Below, piece by piece: positions 41,817-56,140 of a stretch of 64,000 nucleotides of DNA. How positions within the stretch are numbered: the first letter of the stretch is position 1; each line of letters opens with the position of its first letter. The notes below the pieces were generated by a model. The model saw only the letters and a program-made list of their open reading frames with translations. It had not been told where the DNA came from and ran no database searches. A program made the position numbers and the translations under genes. This stretch comes from the human T2T-CHM13v2.0 reference genome, Homo sapiens, in assembly GCF_009914755.1 (NCBI RefSeq), contig NC_060947.1; one strand, given 5' to 3'.

Positions 41817-43394
41817 ATGCCTCCATGCCAGAAGCATCAGCACTGTACATGTGAGCAATGCCTCCAGGCCTACAAGGAGATCCAAAGCCAAAAGTGTCCA
41901 ACTTCATCAAGGGTATCAGATGAGTACTCAGAGGTCAAGAAGAGGAGGAAAGTCAGAGAATCTTGCAGCCTTTGCCAGACACTGAGAATTTGCCCAGGCA
42001 CCCTCTATACTAGAAAGCGGTTTTTATGATGAATTCCCTGTTGCTCAGTTATCAAATGAAAAAGCCCATCACAAAAGCAGACATACTGAAAAATGCCATA
42101 AAAGAGCACAAGGAGCACTTCCTGAGGTCCTGAGGAGAGCCGGAGAGCCTCTGAGTGTATGCAGCCTGTCTTTGGGGTTGAAGTAAAAGAAGTAGACCAC
42201 TCTTATGCCCTTGTCAGAAAACTGGACCTCACCTATGATGAGAGGTTGAGATATGAAAAGGGCATGTCCAAGACCAGCCTCCTGATGACTGTCCTAGGCC
42301 TGATATTTACAAAAGGCAATTGAACCAATGAGGAGATAATCTTGGAAGAGCTGAAAATAAAGGGTATATATTACGGGAAGAAGTACTTCATCTCTGGGGA
42401 TCCCAGGAAGGTCATCACCAGAGATCTGACGCATGAAAGGTAGCTGGACTGCCAGCAGATGCCCCATAGTGATTCTTCCCACTATGAATTCCTATGGGGT
42501 CTGAGAGCCCACCCTGAAACCAGAAAAATGAAAGTCATAGAAATTTTGAGTCAAGGTTAATGATACTGTGAAAGGAACAAAAATCTTGGGACCCCAAACT
42601 CACTAAGCCAAAGGGAAAAGCTGGGAACTGGGTCAAGCAAACCTGTCTCCCATTTGGTTCCTAAATAAGATAGCTAGAAAGATAAAAAAAACTACATACC
42701 TCCCTCACAATTTGGCCACAGGGATATCCCTTGTGGGCCCCAAGATCTTTACCCTAAAGTAGTTCTGTTGAATTTCACCCTGGCAATGTAAATTCATAGC
42801 TTATCTTCATAGGTGTGGGACAGAAGACAGAACTCAAAGTCATCCCTCTACTCACCTGAAACAAATGCATATCTGATTGCTTCTTTTGCCCTATTGTTTA
42901 TGTTATCTTATGTATAAATGCAGAGTCACTGAGCCAGATGAAGGCATAAGTGAATATTTCCTCTACCCACCCTTGCACAGGAAAATTGTGTATTCAGTGA
43001 AAGGCTAATCAAAGACTCAAAAGGATGCCAACTTTTGTTTGTCTCTTATCTACCAACACATTTTAAAAATATTTCTTCCTCTTCCCCCAATATCTCCCCC
43101 TTTTCCTCTTTAAATACCGAAGCCCTCAAAATCACTTTTGGAGAAAGGCATAGACCTGTCTCCTGGGCATGAATCCTTAACTTTGGCAAATAAACCTCCT
43201 TAAATGATTGAGACATGCCTCAGTCATTTTCATTGATTCAGAATACCATCCCAGTGCCTTGCCATCCAGGTATGGAGAGGCTTTGAGACATGAAGAAGGA
43301 CAGAGCTCAAGCCAGAGTTGAAGCCAGGGCTGGCACTACTGCCACAGCCAAGCAACATTCCAGGGCTATGTTCAGCAGCTTCTCCCATGCCTAG
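41817..43394 (+). pseudogene. Unprocessed MAGE-family pseudogene, frameshifted and split by an LTR
   Basis: ATG 41817 (MPPCQKHQHCTCEQCLQA); MAGE homology domain remnants [67 protein letters not shown]; several stops and indels; tail ARVEARAGTTATAKQHSRAMFSSFSHA* ends at 43394; acceptor AG at 41750-41751. Confidence 0.92.
42567..43242 (+). mobile_element. MER4-family (MER4A-like) ERV1 solo LTR inside the MAGE pseudogene
   Basis: tgtgaaaggaacaaaaatcttgggaccccaaactcactaagccaaagggaaaag...; 4-bp TSD ATAC at 42563-42566 and 43243-43246. Confidence 0.88.
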
Positions 43395-43665
43395 TAAAGA
43401 CTGAAACAAATTTTTCACTTTGAGTTTGAAGTGGGCAGTGAATGTTCTCAATAGTAGAGGGTTAGGATAAGGAAACACGGTACACAATGAATATCTCCTT
43501 TGTCTTCTTGCTTTTATGGGTAACTTATAGATTTGTTTATATATTGGTATTCTTCAAATGTTGTTCTTTTTAATAGATGATTTATTTAACTTAAGAATCT
43601 AAGATTTTGAATAGCACAGGTCATACATTTATTGTTGTTTATCAGGTTTAAGAATGAGAGTTTTG

Positions 43666-43940
43666 GCACCGCATGTTCTCACTCATAAGCGGGAGGTGAA
43701 CAATAAGAACACATGGACACAGGGAGGGGAATATCACACACCAGGGACTGTCGGGGGAGGGGGGAAGGGGAGGTAGAGCATTAGGACAAATACCTAATGC
43801 ATGTGGGGCTTAAAACCTAGATGACGGGTTAATAGGTGCAGCAAACCACCATGGCACATGTATACCTATATAACAAACCTGTACATGTATCTGCACAAGT
43901 ATAGCAAAACTTAAAGTAAAAGAAAAATAAATAATTTAAA
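43666..43940 (+). mobile_element. L1PA 3' end inserted in the pseudogene 3' UTR
   Basis: catgttctcactcataag...aacttaaagtaaa; TSD aatgagagtttt. Confidence 0.92.
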
Positions 43941-45254
43941 AAATGAGAGTTTTTAGTTAAAAAAAAAAAAAGTTAAAATCCTTGATTTTTCCCCCTGTGA
44001 TCCACACAAAATAACATAGCATCAGAATAGGTATTTTCTTGGAAATGTGAAATAACTCCACACTCAAATAGTTAAAATCATGAAATAAAAAAAAAAAAGG
44101 TGAGATGTGTTCAATTCTTGATTTGCCTTATTCCTTTTAGCCTTTCTTTTTAAAAAATTAAAAGATATATAGCTGGATTTGTTTGGCTTTTTCAAAAATG
44201 TAAGATAAATTAAATTGTACTCATTTAGTACTCTTGTTCATTGGCTCTTTTATTCCCTAAATATTAATCAATTCTCTGCTCTTTGGAAGGCTCAATGTTA
44301 GTACTGGAGATGAAGGAGATGAGAAGAAATAAAAAAAGAAAGTTTTACCCATTGTCCAAAGAATTTTAGTCGTTAGGAGCAGCTATCATACAAATACATG
44401 GTGAAAGTATCTCTCAGATCCAAAGGACAAGGTTAAAAAAGATGGAGGCAGGTAAGAAAGTGGGAAGGGTTCCAGATGAGAGTGTGTAGTGTAAATGCTC
44501 TGAGAAAAAGAAAGCTAGGGCCTTGGGAAACTGCAGGTCCCTCACTGGGAGGTAATTTTAAGTGAGGCTGCATGCTGGACTGGAGGAGGCTGTGGGAGTG
44601 GTGAGCAGGGCAAGACCCTCAGATGGTAAGCTTCAGAGTTGAGAGACTAAGCCTATAATGGAAAAGTGCTCTTAACTTTGGAGAAAACTGGAAAGAAGCT
44701 CCACCAGGGGCAGCACTGGAAAGTGACTATGCTCTTGTCCCAGTGCAGATGAACACAGTGCAGAAACTAGCTGCTTTATATACATTGTATCCAGTGAGCT
44801 TCGGAGAAATAAGGATGATACTCCCTTAAGAAGAAATGATAAGAAGCCGCTGGGTACTCTGCACTGGGCTGGAAGAGTTAAGAGTCAATTTCATTAAAAG
44901 GAGCATTCAAATTAGGCTATCATGTACATAATTTGGCAAGCTCTAGGCAAGTTCTAGGTGTTTGGTGCTTGTTAAATTAATGAAAATAAAGGTGATTTAG
45001 ATGGAAGTGACACTGGGAGGGAAGGAAGTTGTTAGTCCTTGACGCAAATGCGTTGTGTTGCACCTAACTGGAGAAGTCTACCTCACATTGAATAATTTAT
45101 CATTTAATGGGGAAATATTACTTGATTTTTCGTGCTAATCTGCATTTTGGCTTATTGGGTTTTCTTTCTTCTAGAATGCTGCATATTCTCTGACATCTGT
45201 TGGATTAAGAAAAAGCAATCACAGTGGGATGGGTGGTATCATCAAGTTAATCAT

Positions 45255-45460
45255 AGGTAATAGCTGCCATGTTGAAACCTCAATATGGGCCAAGTATTGT
45301 GCCAGGTGCTTTACATACATTAACCACATTTCACCAATTCCACAAGGAAGGGGCTTATCAAACCTATTTCACAGATGCAGAGCCTGAGGCTCACAGAGTT
45401 TAGTAATGTGCCTGAGTTCACATAGCTGGTAAGTGGCAGGGCTGAAACCAGACCCCCAGT
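45255..45460 (-). mobile_element. MIR opening the upstream module of the MAGEB2 unit (paralogous copies near 53150, 56150, 62120)
   Basis: gtgccaggtgctttacatacatt...cctatttcacagatgcagagcctgaggctcacagag. Confidence 0.8.
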
Positions 45461-46473
45461 CTGGATTAATCTACATCCCACACTGTTCCAGTCTTCCCAT
45501 TCTGAGGCTAACCTCATGTTGCTTCATTCATTTTTTCTCTCTATTTTTGAAAAATGTATCTCAGGCAATAAAAAGAAGGACTCTGTGCCCATACTACTGG
45601 GTCAAATATATTCCCAGACCAATATGAATGCCAAAATAAATGAGAGGCATAAATAAAAAAAAGAAAAATAGTACCTGGTGTCAATACGTTCATCTACACA
45701 AGCAATATCAGGTAATCTCAAAAGATCAGAAGCTCCCAAAATCATCCTGGACAGTCTCTTCCCTGTAGAAAATAAATGTGTCAGAACAGAATTTTCGTGA
45801 GAATCTAAGTCTAGCAAGATGGAAAAAATCAGCATGTTTTTTTCTCTGACAGCCCACTACCTGTCCTGGAGCTTCTGCCTTGTGCTTCAGCTTCCCTATC
45901 TCACATCACTCCCGGAACACGGCTCCTTCTCTGCAAGGTTTGCAGTAGAAAAACTGGTCATGTTTGCAGGGATGTGACATTTCCCAGAAAGCCTTTAATG
46001 AAAGATGATCCCCAGTTCAGAGGACATGGGAAACCAATATCTCAGAATATATGAGGTTATGCATAGACTGACTCTCATCTGCTCTCAGACCTAGAGAGCT
46101 CGAGACAGAACTGTCAGGCTGAGCATCCACTCATTTAATCTTCAGACCTCTCATGGACATGGCCTAAGAAGGTCAACTTCATGTCAGTAGATGCAGTTCA
46201 GCCTCTGATAGATATGAACGTGAGGACCCTGAATGAAGATGATGGAAGGACCCAGCCAGAACTGTGGGGTCCCAAAAAGTCCAGCTCAGGCTGTCAGCCC
46301 TTCAAAGTCCAGAACAGCCCTGGCTAAATGTAGCTCACCACAACTTCCAGTTCAGAGGTCGGCAGAGGGTGAGTACCTTGATCTGATGGGAACAGCCTCA
46401 AGTCAGTGGAGGATGGAGTGCCCCAAGACTGGCCAGGTGTCATGGTGAGGACCCTGAAGAGAAATAAGAGAAC

Positions 46474-47116
46474 TGTTATAGGACCAACGAGTTTCTGTGT
46501 CAGCTGCAAAGTAACAGACCCACTATAATAAAACAGCAAAGTTTGCAGCAAAGAGTTTAATGATTGCAGGGTGCCAAGTGAGGAGATGAGAAGAGACTCT
46601 CAAATTCATCTCCCCAAGGAGTTCTGGGCTGGGATTTGCAAGGAGATCATGGAGGGCGAGGGGCTGGAGAACTGAGGTTGTTGATTCGTTGGGGTAAAGG
46701 GGATGAAATCATCAGAATGTGGAAACTGCGTTTTTTTTTTTTTAGTCAGCTCCTGTGGGGTCTTTTGGACCAGCTGATGTCAGTAGGGTCCTTTAGAGCA
46801 GCTGGCATCAGTGGGGTCCTTCAGACCAGCTGAGTCATTAGAATCATCAGTATGCAGGACCTTAAGGAATATCTCAAAGAAAAAAAGTTTCATTATGTTA
46901 AAATTGTTATCTATAGAGCAATTAAGGGCAACTATAATCTAGTAACAGGATCTACATGATTCTGGGATAATAGGCACCAAACTACTATGAGGAAGCAGGT
47001 CAGAGAGCAGCTGACTTCATGATTAATGCTGAATGTTCTGCAAGCTTGGCGTATCTTCATTTATCTCCCTTCCCTCTTCCCTGATTAATTTTATACAGTT
47101 CATAGGGGCAGTTTCA
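46474..47116 (-). mobile_element. ERV1 solo LTR (LTR26-like), antisense, in the promoter cassette array
   Basis: Reverse complement starts tgaaactgcccctatgaactgtataaaattaatcaggg; imperfect TSD gaac/aaac; flanks rejoin into one cassette. Confidence 0.75.
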
Positions 47117-47689
47117 AAACCACCCACCCCAGAACAGAGGAGCCCACAAATTCCACCAATGCTGTCACCCTTGGGGAGCCCAGAAGAGAATTATGAGGTG
47201 GAGAAATCCCATCAATATGCCTCGTGTGTTTCACAGAGGTGAAGACCTTGGACTAGTGGAAATGGCCCTAGGTCAAAGAGACAAAACCCACGCCCTAACA
47301 GGAATCAAGGTGAGGATCCTAAGTGTTACGAGGGGGCTCTCCCCCTTGCAACACCAGCAGAGGGGGCCAAACAGAGCCCCTCGCCATTGTTAGCACCGAG
47401 AGGCCCCAAAATAAGTATCTCTGAATCCCCTTCATTCCACCTGTATAGTCTCGGGGAAGGAAGGGCCTTTGTCTGAAGAGGGTGACCCCAGTTGTGCAGA
47501 GAGAGAGTCTTGGCTTTCACGGGAATCAAGGTGAGGACTCTGAGGGCGGATGAGAAGACCTCTCCCCAAAAAAGGCACATTCACAGAGCCCTGCCGCTGC
47601 TGTCAGGCCTGTGAGGCCCAGGCAGGGGTGGCCTGTTTGGCACGCTCAGATTTCCACAGTGGGGGCTGAGGGAGGTGGGGGTATTGTTT

Positions 47690-48200
47690 GGAGGCTGGCG
47701 GATTTGGGTCAGCACGCATATTCGTCCCAGGCTGCTAGATACTGAGGTGAGGACCCCTAGTGGAGACGAAGGGACCAGCAACGCTAGAACAGTGACGTCC
47801 GGTAGCGTCCAGCCGTCAGCCCTCAGACGCCACGGGCTGCCGGATGTGAGTCATCCTGACTTCCGCTTTGAAAAAAAAGACCCGAGCGGATGTGGCTCAT
47901 CCTGACTTCCGCTTTGGAGGCGAGGACCCGAGCGAGTGTAGGGGGTGCGGCGTCTGGTCAGCCAGGGGTGAATTCTCAGGACTGGTCGGCAGTCAAGGTG
48001 AGGACCCTGAGTGTAAACTGAAGAGACCACCCCCACCTGTAACAAAGAGGGCCCCACTAAGTCCCGCTTCTGCATTTGGTCCTGAGAGGCTCCGGTAAAG
48101 CCGTCCGGCAATGTTCCACCTGGAAAGTTCCAGGGCAGGGGAAGGGTGGGGGGAGGGGCAGTCGCGGGGGAAGGAGGTTTGGACGCAGGGAATAGGCCTC
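47690..48200 (+). promoter_or_regulatory. MAGEB2: CpG-rich MAGEB2 promoter with duplicated ETS-like motifs
   Basis: Highest non-Alu CpG density in the window; two copies of CGGATGTG...CATCCTGACTTCCGCTTTG (47841-47870, 47887-47916); TGAGTCA 47847-47853; TGACGT 47793-47798. Confidence 0.8.
47905..47997 (+). other. MAGEB2: Probable non-coding exon 1 of MAGEB2 (5' end approximate)
   Basis: Strong donor CAAG|GTGAGG at 47998 just downstream of the ETS/CpG block; no ATG in the exon; fits the MAGE architecture of non-coding 5' exons and one coding exon. Confidence 0.7.
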
Positions 48201-48940
48201 ATTCTGCACGTAGGGTGGGTGTAGGCCCTAACTGAAATCAATTTGAGGGCCCTAAATGTGGACTGAAGAGAACATCTCCTACCCTTAACAAAGGTGGCCT
48301 CACTAAGTCTCGTCCCTGAAGACGGCTCTGGGAGGCCCCAGCAAAGCTGTGCCTGGAAAGTCTCAGGGAGGGGAGGGCCTTGAACCTAGGAAGCAGCCCT
48401 GCTTCTGCTCATATGGCATCAACCTAAAACCTAACTGGGGTTAAGGTGAGGACTCTGAGTATTAATGAGCGGACCTCTACCCAAAAGAGGAGTCATGCTG
48501 GGCAGTTCCCAGGCCGAGGTGACACTGGGTTTTAGATGGTCCCAGGCTGACATGACAAATGCAGAGCAACCTGACTTCCTCTCCCGGGACTAAAGAAGTT
48601 GAGGGCTACATCCAAGACCCACATCTGCTGCCAGCAATAGGAAGGTCAGGGCAAAGCTAGCAAGCTGAGATGCTCTCTAGTTTCCTCTGGAGGTGGTCTC
48701 AGGGAGGTGAGGGTCTTGGTGTAATGGGGTAGGTCTAATGCAACAGAGAGGCCCAGTCTCTAACAGGAAGCAAGGATGTGACACTGAGTGATGAGGAGGG
48801 GACTCCAACCAGAAAGAAGTGCCATATAGAGCCCACTCTTGTTGTCAGACCAGGGAGACCTGAGCATGGCATGTTGAGTTGTACTCACTCTCCCCAAGAC
48901 ATCTCAGAGAAGTGAACGACCCCATTAAAGAGGGCAGCCT

Positions 48941-49257
<317 letters not shown>

Positions 49258-49495
49258 GCTTGAGGTCAGCAGAGGGAGGGTTTCCAGGTTGTGCCAGATG
49301 TTATGATAAGAACTCTGACGACTGCAGGGGGCTCCCACCCCATATTAGTGGGAGCCACACAATCCTCAGTACTGTCAGCTCTGAGAGACCCCAGGCAGAA
49401 ATGTGAAACAGAGGTGCCCATCAGTTCCCACTCAAGGGTAACAGGGAAATGAGAGTTTTAATCTGAGGGTGGTGATCACTTGTCAACAGAAGTAA

Positions 49496-49902
49496 TGTAC
49501 TAATTGGTCCATTCTGGCATTACTATAAATACCCAAGACTGGGTAATTTACAAAGAAAAGAGGTTTAATTGGCTCACAGTTCTGCAGGCTGTACAGGAAG
49601 CATGATGCTGGCATTTGCTCAGCTTCTGGGAGCAGGGCTCAGGAAATTTACAATCATGGCAGAAGGGGAAGGGGAAGCAGACATGTTACATGGCCAGAGC
49701 AGGATCAAGAGGCCAGGGGAGGCGCTACACACTTTTAAATGACCAGATCTCATGAGAAGTCATCATTAAGGGGAATGGTGCTAAACCATTCATGAAAAAC
49801 CTGCCCTCATGATCCAGTCATCTCCCACCAGGCTCCACCTCCAACATTGAGGATTACAGTTAGACATGAGATTTGGTGAGGATACAGATCCAAACCATAT
49901 CA
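49496..49902 (-). mobile_element. MST (ERVL-MaLR) solo LTR in the MAGEB2 intron
   Basis: ctgggtaatttacaaagaaaagaggtttaattggctcacagttctgcaggctgtacaggaagcat...gatccaaaccatatca. Confidence 0.9.
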
Positions 49903-50930
49903 GGGAAGAATCTTAGACCCTCTCATGAGTCAAATTTAGAGGCTGAGTTGGGACTGTATGTGGGACCATCTATCACAGGGCAGTTATCTGCCTGCCACAG
50001 CTTTTACTTTTGGGAAGACCACATTTGGTCAGATAAGGCCACCCTCACTTCCTCCTATGGGTTCTCAGGGATGTTCACTCTTACCATGACGACATAGGCC
50101 TCAGTTCAATAAAAAGGAGAGCTCCTCTACCAGGAGTCAAATTGAGGAATCTGAGAATTCAAGGAACCACTGAACCCTTAACAGTGGAGACATCAAAGAA
50201 TCCAGTCCAACCCTTTATTTTCAGCCCTAGAAAGCTCAGGAAAGGGTTATCAGGTTTAGTGTCCCCCTCTCTTTTTTATATAAGATCTAAGAGAGGTGAG
50301 ATTCTTAGTCTGACGGTGTAGCCACCACTCAGCAGAAGGGGGCTGGTGCCAAGCCCTACATGAAGCCAAGGTGGGGACCTTGAATGAGAGCTGAAGACTC
50401 TAATGATTCCAAGACATCAAAGACCCCACTGAACTCTCAGCACTGGGTGTCACTTCTCAGGGTGGTGGATTGAGGCACCCCTTCAATTTCTTCTCATGAG
50501 TCCCAGGGTGCTTTGAGGTGTCAAATTCACAGTAGCGGAAGGGAGTGGCTCAGGCCCTGCCAAGACTTCATATGATAATCCTAAAAGTTAACTGATAAAA
50601 CCCCAAACACCAGAAGACAGGAGGCCGCACTGCCAGTACCTCCTGTCACCATAGTAAGCCCAAGGAAGGGCTGACAGAATGCAGTCTGAAACTCACTGTA
50701 GGGGTTCTGTGGTTCTTCTCTGGTGTCTCAGGGGAAAGGATAACCAGGACGACAGGAGCCTTGTGGCTTTCTAGAACAGTGCCTTCAGGGAAACTTGCAA
50801 AGGCAGGCTTCCTTCAGTAAAGCTAAGATGGGGTCTTCCAGCTGAAGGTGCTCACAGATCTCATTCTCCCATCTCCAGGTATACTAACCACCTATTCTTC
50901 TGCCCACATTTCTTGGTTTACCCAGCCATC

Positions 50931-51890
50931 ATGCCTCGTGGTCAGAAGAGTAAGCTCCGTGCCCGTGAGAAACGCCGCAAGGCCCGAGATGAGACCCGGG
51001 GTCTCAATGTTCCTCAGGTCACTGAAGCAGAGGAAGAAGAGGCCCCCTGCTGTTCCTCTTCTGTTTCTGGGGGTGCTGCTTCAAGCTCTCCTGCTGCTGG
51101 CATTCCCCAGAAGCCTCAGAGAGCCCCAACCACTGCCGCTGCTGCAGCTGCGGGTGTTTCATCCACAAAATCTAAAAAAGGTGCCAAGAGCCACCAAGGT
51201 GAGAAAAATGCAAGTTCCTCCCAGGCCTCAACATCTACTAAGAGCCCAAGCGAAGATCCTCTAACCAGGAAGTCAGGGTCGTTGGTGCAGTTCCTGTTGT
51301 ACAAGTATAAAATAAAAAAGTCCGTTACAAAGGGAGAAATGCTGAAAATTGTTGGCAAAAGGTTCAGGGAGCACTTCCCTGAGATCCTCAAGAAAGCCTC
51401 TGAGGGCCTCAGTGTTGTCTTTGGCCTTGAGCTGAATAAAGTCAACCCCAACGGCCACACTTACACCTTCATCGACAAGGTAGACCTCACTGATGAGGAA
51501 TCCCTGCTCAGTTCCTGGGACTTTCCCAGGAGAAAGCTTCTGATGCCTCTCCTGGGTGTGATCTTCTTAAATGGCAACTCAGCTACTGAGGAAGAGATCT
51601 GGGAATTCCTGAATATGTTGGGAGTCTATGATGGAGAGGAGCACTCAGTCTTTGGGGAACCCTGGAAGCTCATCACCAAAGATCTGGTGCAGGAAAAATA
51701 TCTGGAGTACAAGCAGGTGCCCAGCAGTGATCCCCCACGCTTTCAATTCCTGTGGGGTCCGAGAGCCTATGCTGAAACCAGCAAGATGAAAGTCCTGGAG
51801 TTTTTGGCCAAGGTAAATGGTACCACCCCCTGTGCCTTCCCAACCCATTACGAAGAAGCTTTGAAAGATGAAGAGAAAGCCGGAGTCTGA
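50931..51890 (+). CDS. MAGEB2: Melanoma-associated antigen B2 (MAGE-B2), 319 aa, single coding exon
   Basis: MPRGQKSKLRAREKRRKARDETRGLNVPQV...FLWGPRAYAETSKMKVLEFLAKVNGTTPCAFPTHYEEALKDEEKAGV; MAGE N-terminus plus MAGE homology domain from ~L111; Kozak gccatcATG; candidate acceptors at 50877-78 and 50924-25. Confidence 0.97.
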   Translation: MPRGQKSKLRAREKRRKARDETRGLNVPQVTEAEEEEAPCCSSSVSGGAASSSPAAGIPQKPQRAPTTAAAAAAGVSSTKSKKGAKSHQGEKNASSSQASTSTKSPSEDPLTRKSGSLVQFLLYKYKIKKSVTKGEMLKIVGKRFREHFPEILKKASEGLSVVFGLELNKVNPNGHTYTFIDKVDLTDEESLLSSWDFPRRKLLMPLLGVIFLNGNSATEEEIWEFLNMLGVYDGEEHSVFGEPWKLITKDLVQEKYLEYKQVPSSDPPRFQFLWGPRAYAETSKMKVLEFLAKVNGTTPCAFPTHYEEALKDEEKAGV

Positions 51891-52204
51891 GCCAGAGTTG
51901 TAGCCAGGCCTTGCACTACTGCCATAGCCAATCAATCTCCCAAAGCCAAGTTTACCTGCTGTTCTCACCCCCAATGAGGTCTTAGGCAGATTCTTTACTT
52001 TGTAATTCAAAAGGCCTGTTAACCTTTGTTCTTGTTATGCATGAATAACTTGTTGACTTTTTTTTTTTTCTCTTTTTCAACTAGTGTTTCAACAGGTTTA
52101 TTTAGATTCAGAATGTAAATTTACAAATGATATAGATCACCCTGTTATTGCTGTTTTTCAGGGACAGTAGAAAGTGTTTTGTTTTTTGAGTGAAACAACT
52201 TATT

Positions 52205-52426
52205 AATAAAAATCCTTAAATCACTTTTGTAATCCAGGACAAGAAAATGTGGCATTAGAATAGAAATATCTTTGGAAATGTGAAAGACCCCATAGTGAAA
52301 TATTTGGGATCAGAAGCCAGAGGGGTAAAAGTGGTCAATTCTTGGTTTACTTCATTTAATCTTTCTTTTCATAAAGATACATACCTGGATTTGTTTATGT
52401 TATTCAAGAATGTGTGAGAAATTAAA
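52205..52426 (+). terminator. MAGEB2: Candidate MAGEB2 polyadenylation signals AATAAA (52205-52210) and ATTAAA (52421-52426)
   Basis: Hexamers in the 3' UTR; the ATTAAA is positionally conserved in paralogous UTRs at 44209 and 60731. Confidence 0.65.
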
Positions 52427-52710
52427 CCATAGTTAGTTAATCCTCTTGTTTATGGCTCTTACTTTAAATATTTTAATTGAGCATCTGTTCTTTGGGAGTC
52501 TTCCTGCTTGTACTGGGAATGTTTAGTCAAAGAAGACCAAGCTTGTGCTCATGCAATTGTAGATTCTAGGAGAAGCTGTCATCATGGAAGGTGAGACACT
52601 TCATAAAAAATAAAAGATAGGAAAAAGAAGTGATGAAAGCAATAGTTTTCATTGCTAAGCAGCATTTTGGCTGAATGGGGTTTTTCAGTCTTAGAATGTT
52701 GCGTATTCTC

Positions 52711-56140
<3,430 letters not shown>

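Noticed and set aside
47581-48241. Short ORFs over the CpG promoter
   Set aside because: Result of high GC content; mostly non-ATG starts and no homology recognised
46200-48500. CRISPR-like reading of the spaced GTGAGGACCCTG motif
   Set aside because: Eukaryotic context; the spacers are homologous to each other, ~200 bp long, and there are no cas genes
50913-50930. 6-aa N-terminal extension of MAGEB2 in the ORF track
   Set aside because: TTG start lying in a splice-acceptor tract; the family start is MPRGQK at 50931
50848-51264. 138-aa overlapping + strand ORF
   Set aside because: Starts at GTG within the intron; shadow frame of the MAGEB2 CDS with no recognisable domain
51116-52010. Antisense ORFs over MAGEB2 (114, 61 and 121 aa)
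   Set aside because: Expected shadow ORFs opposite a coding exon
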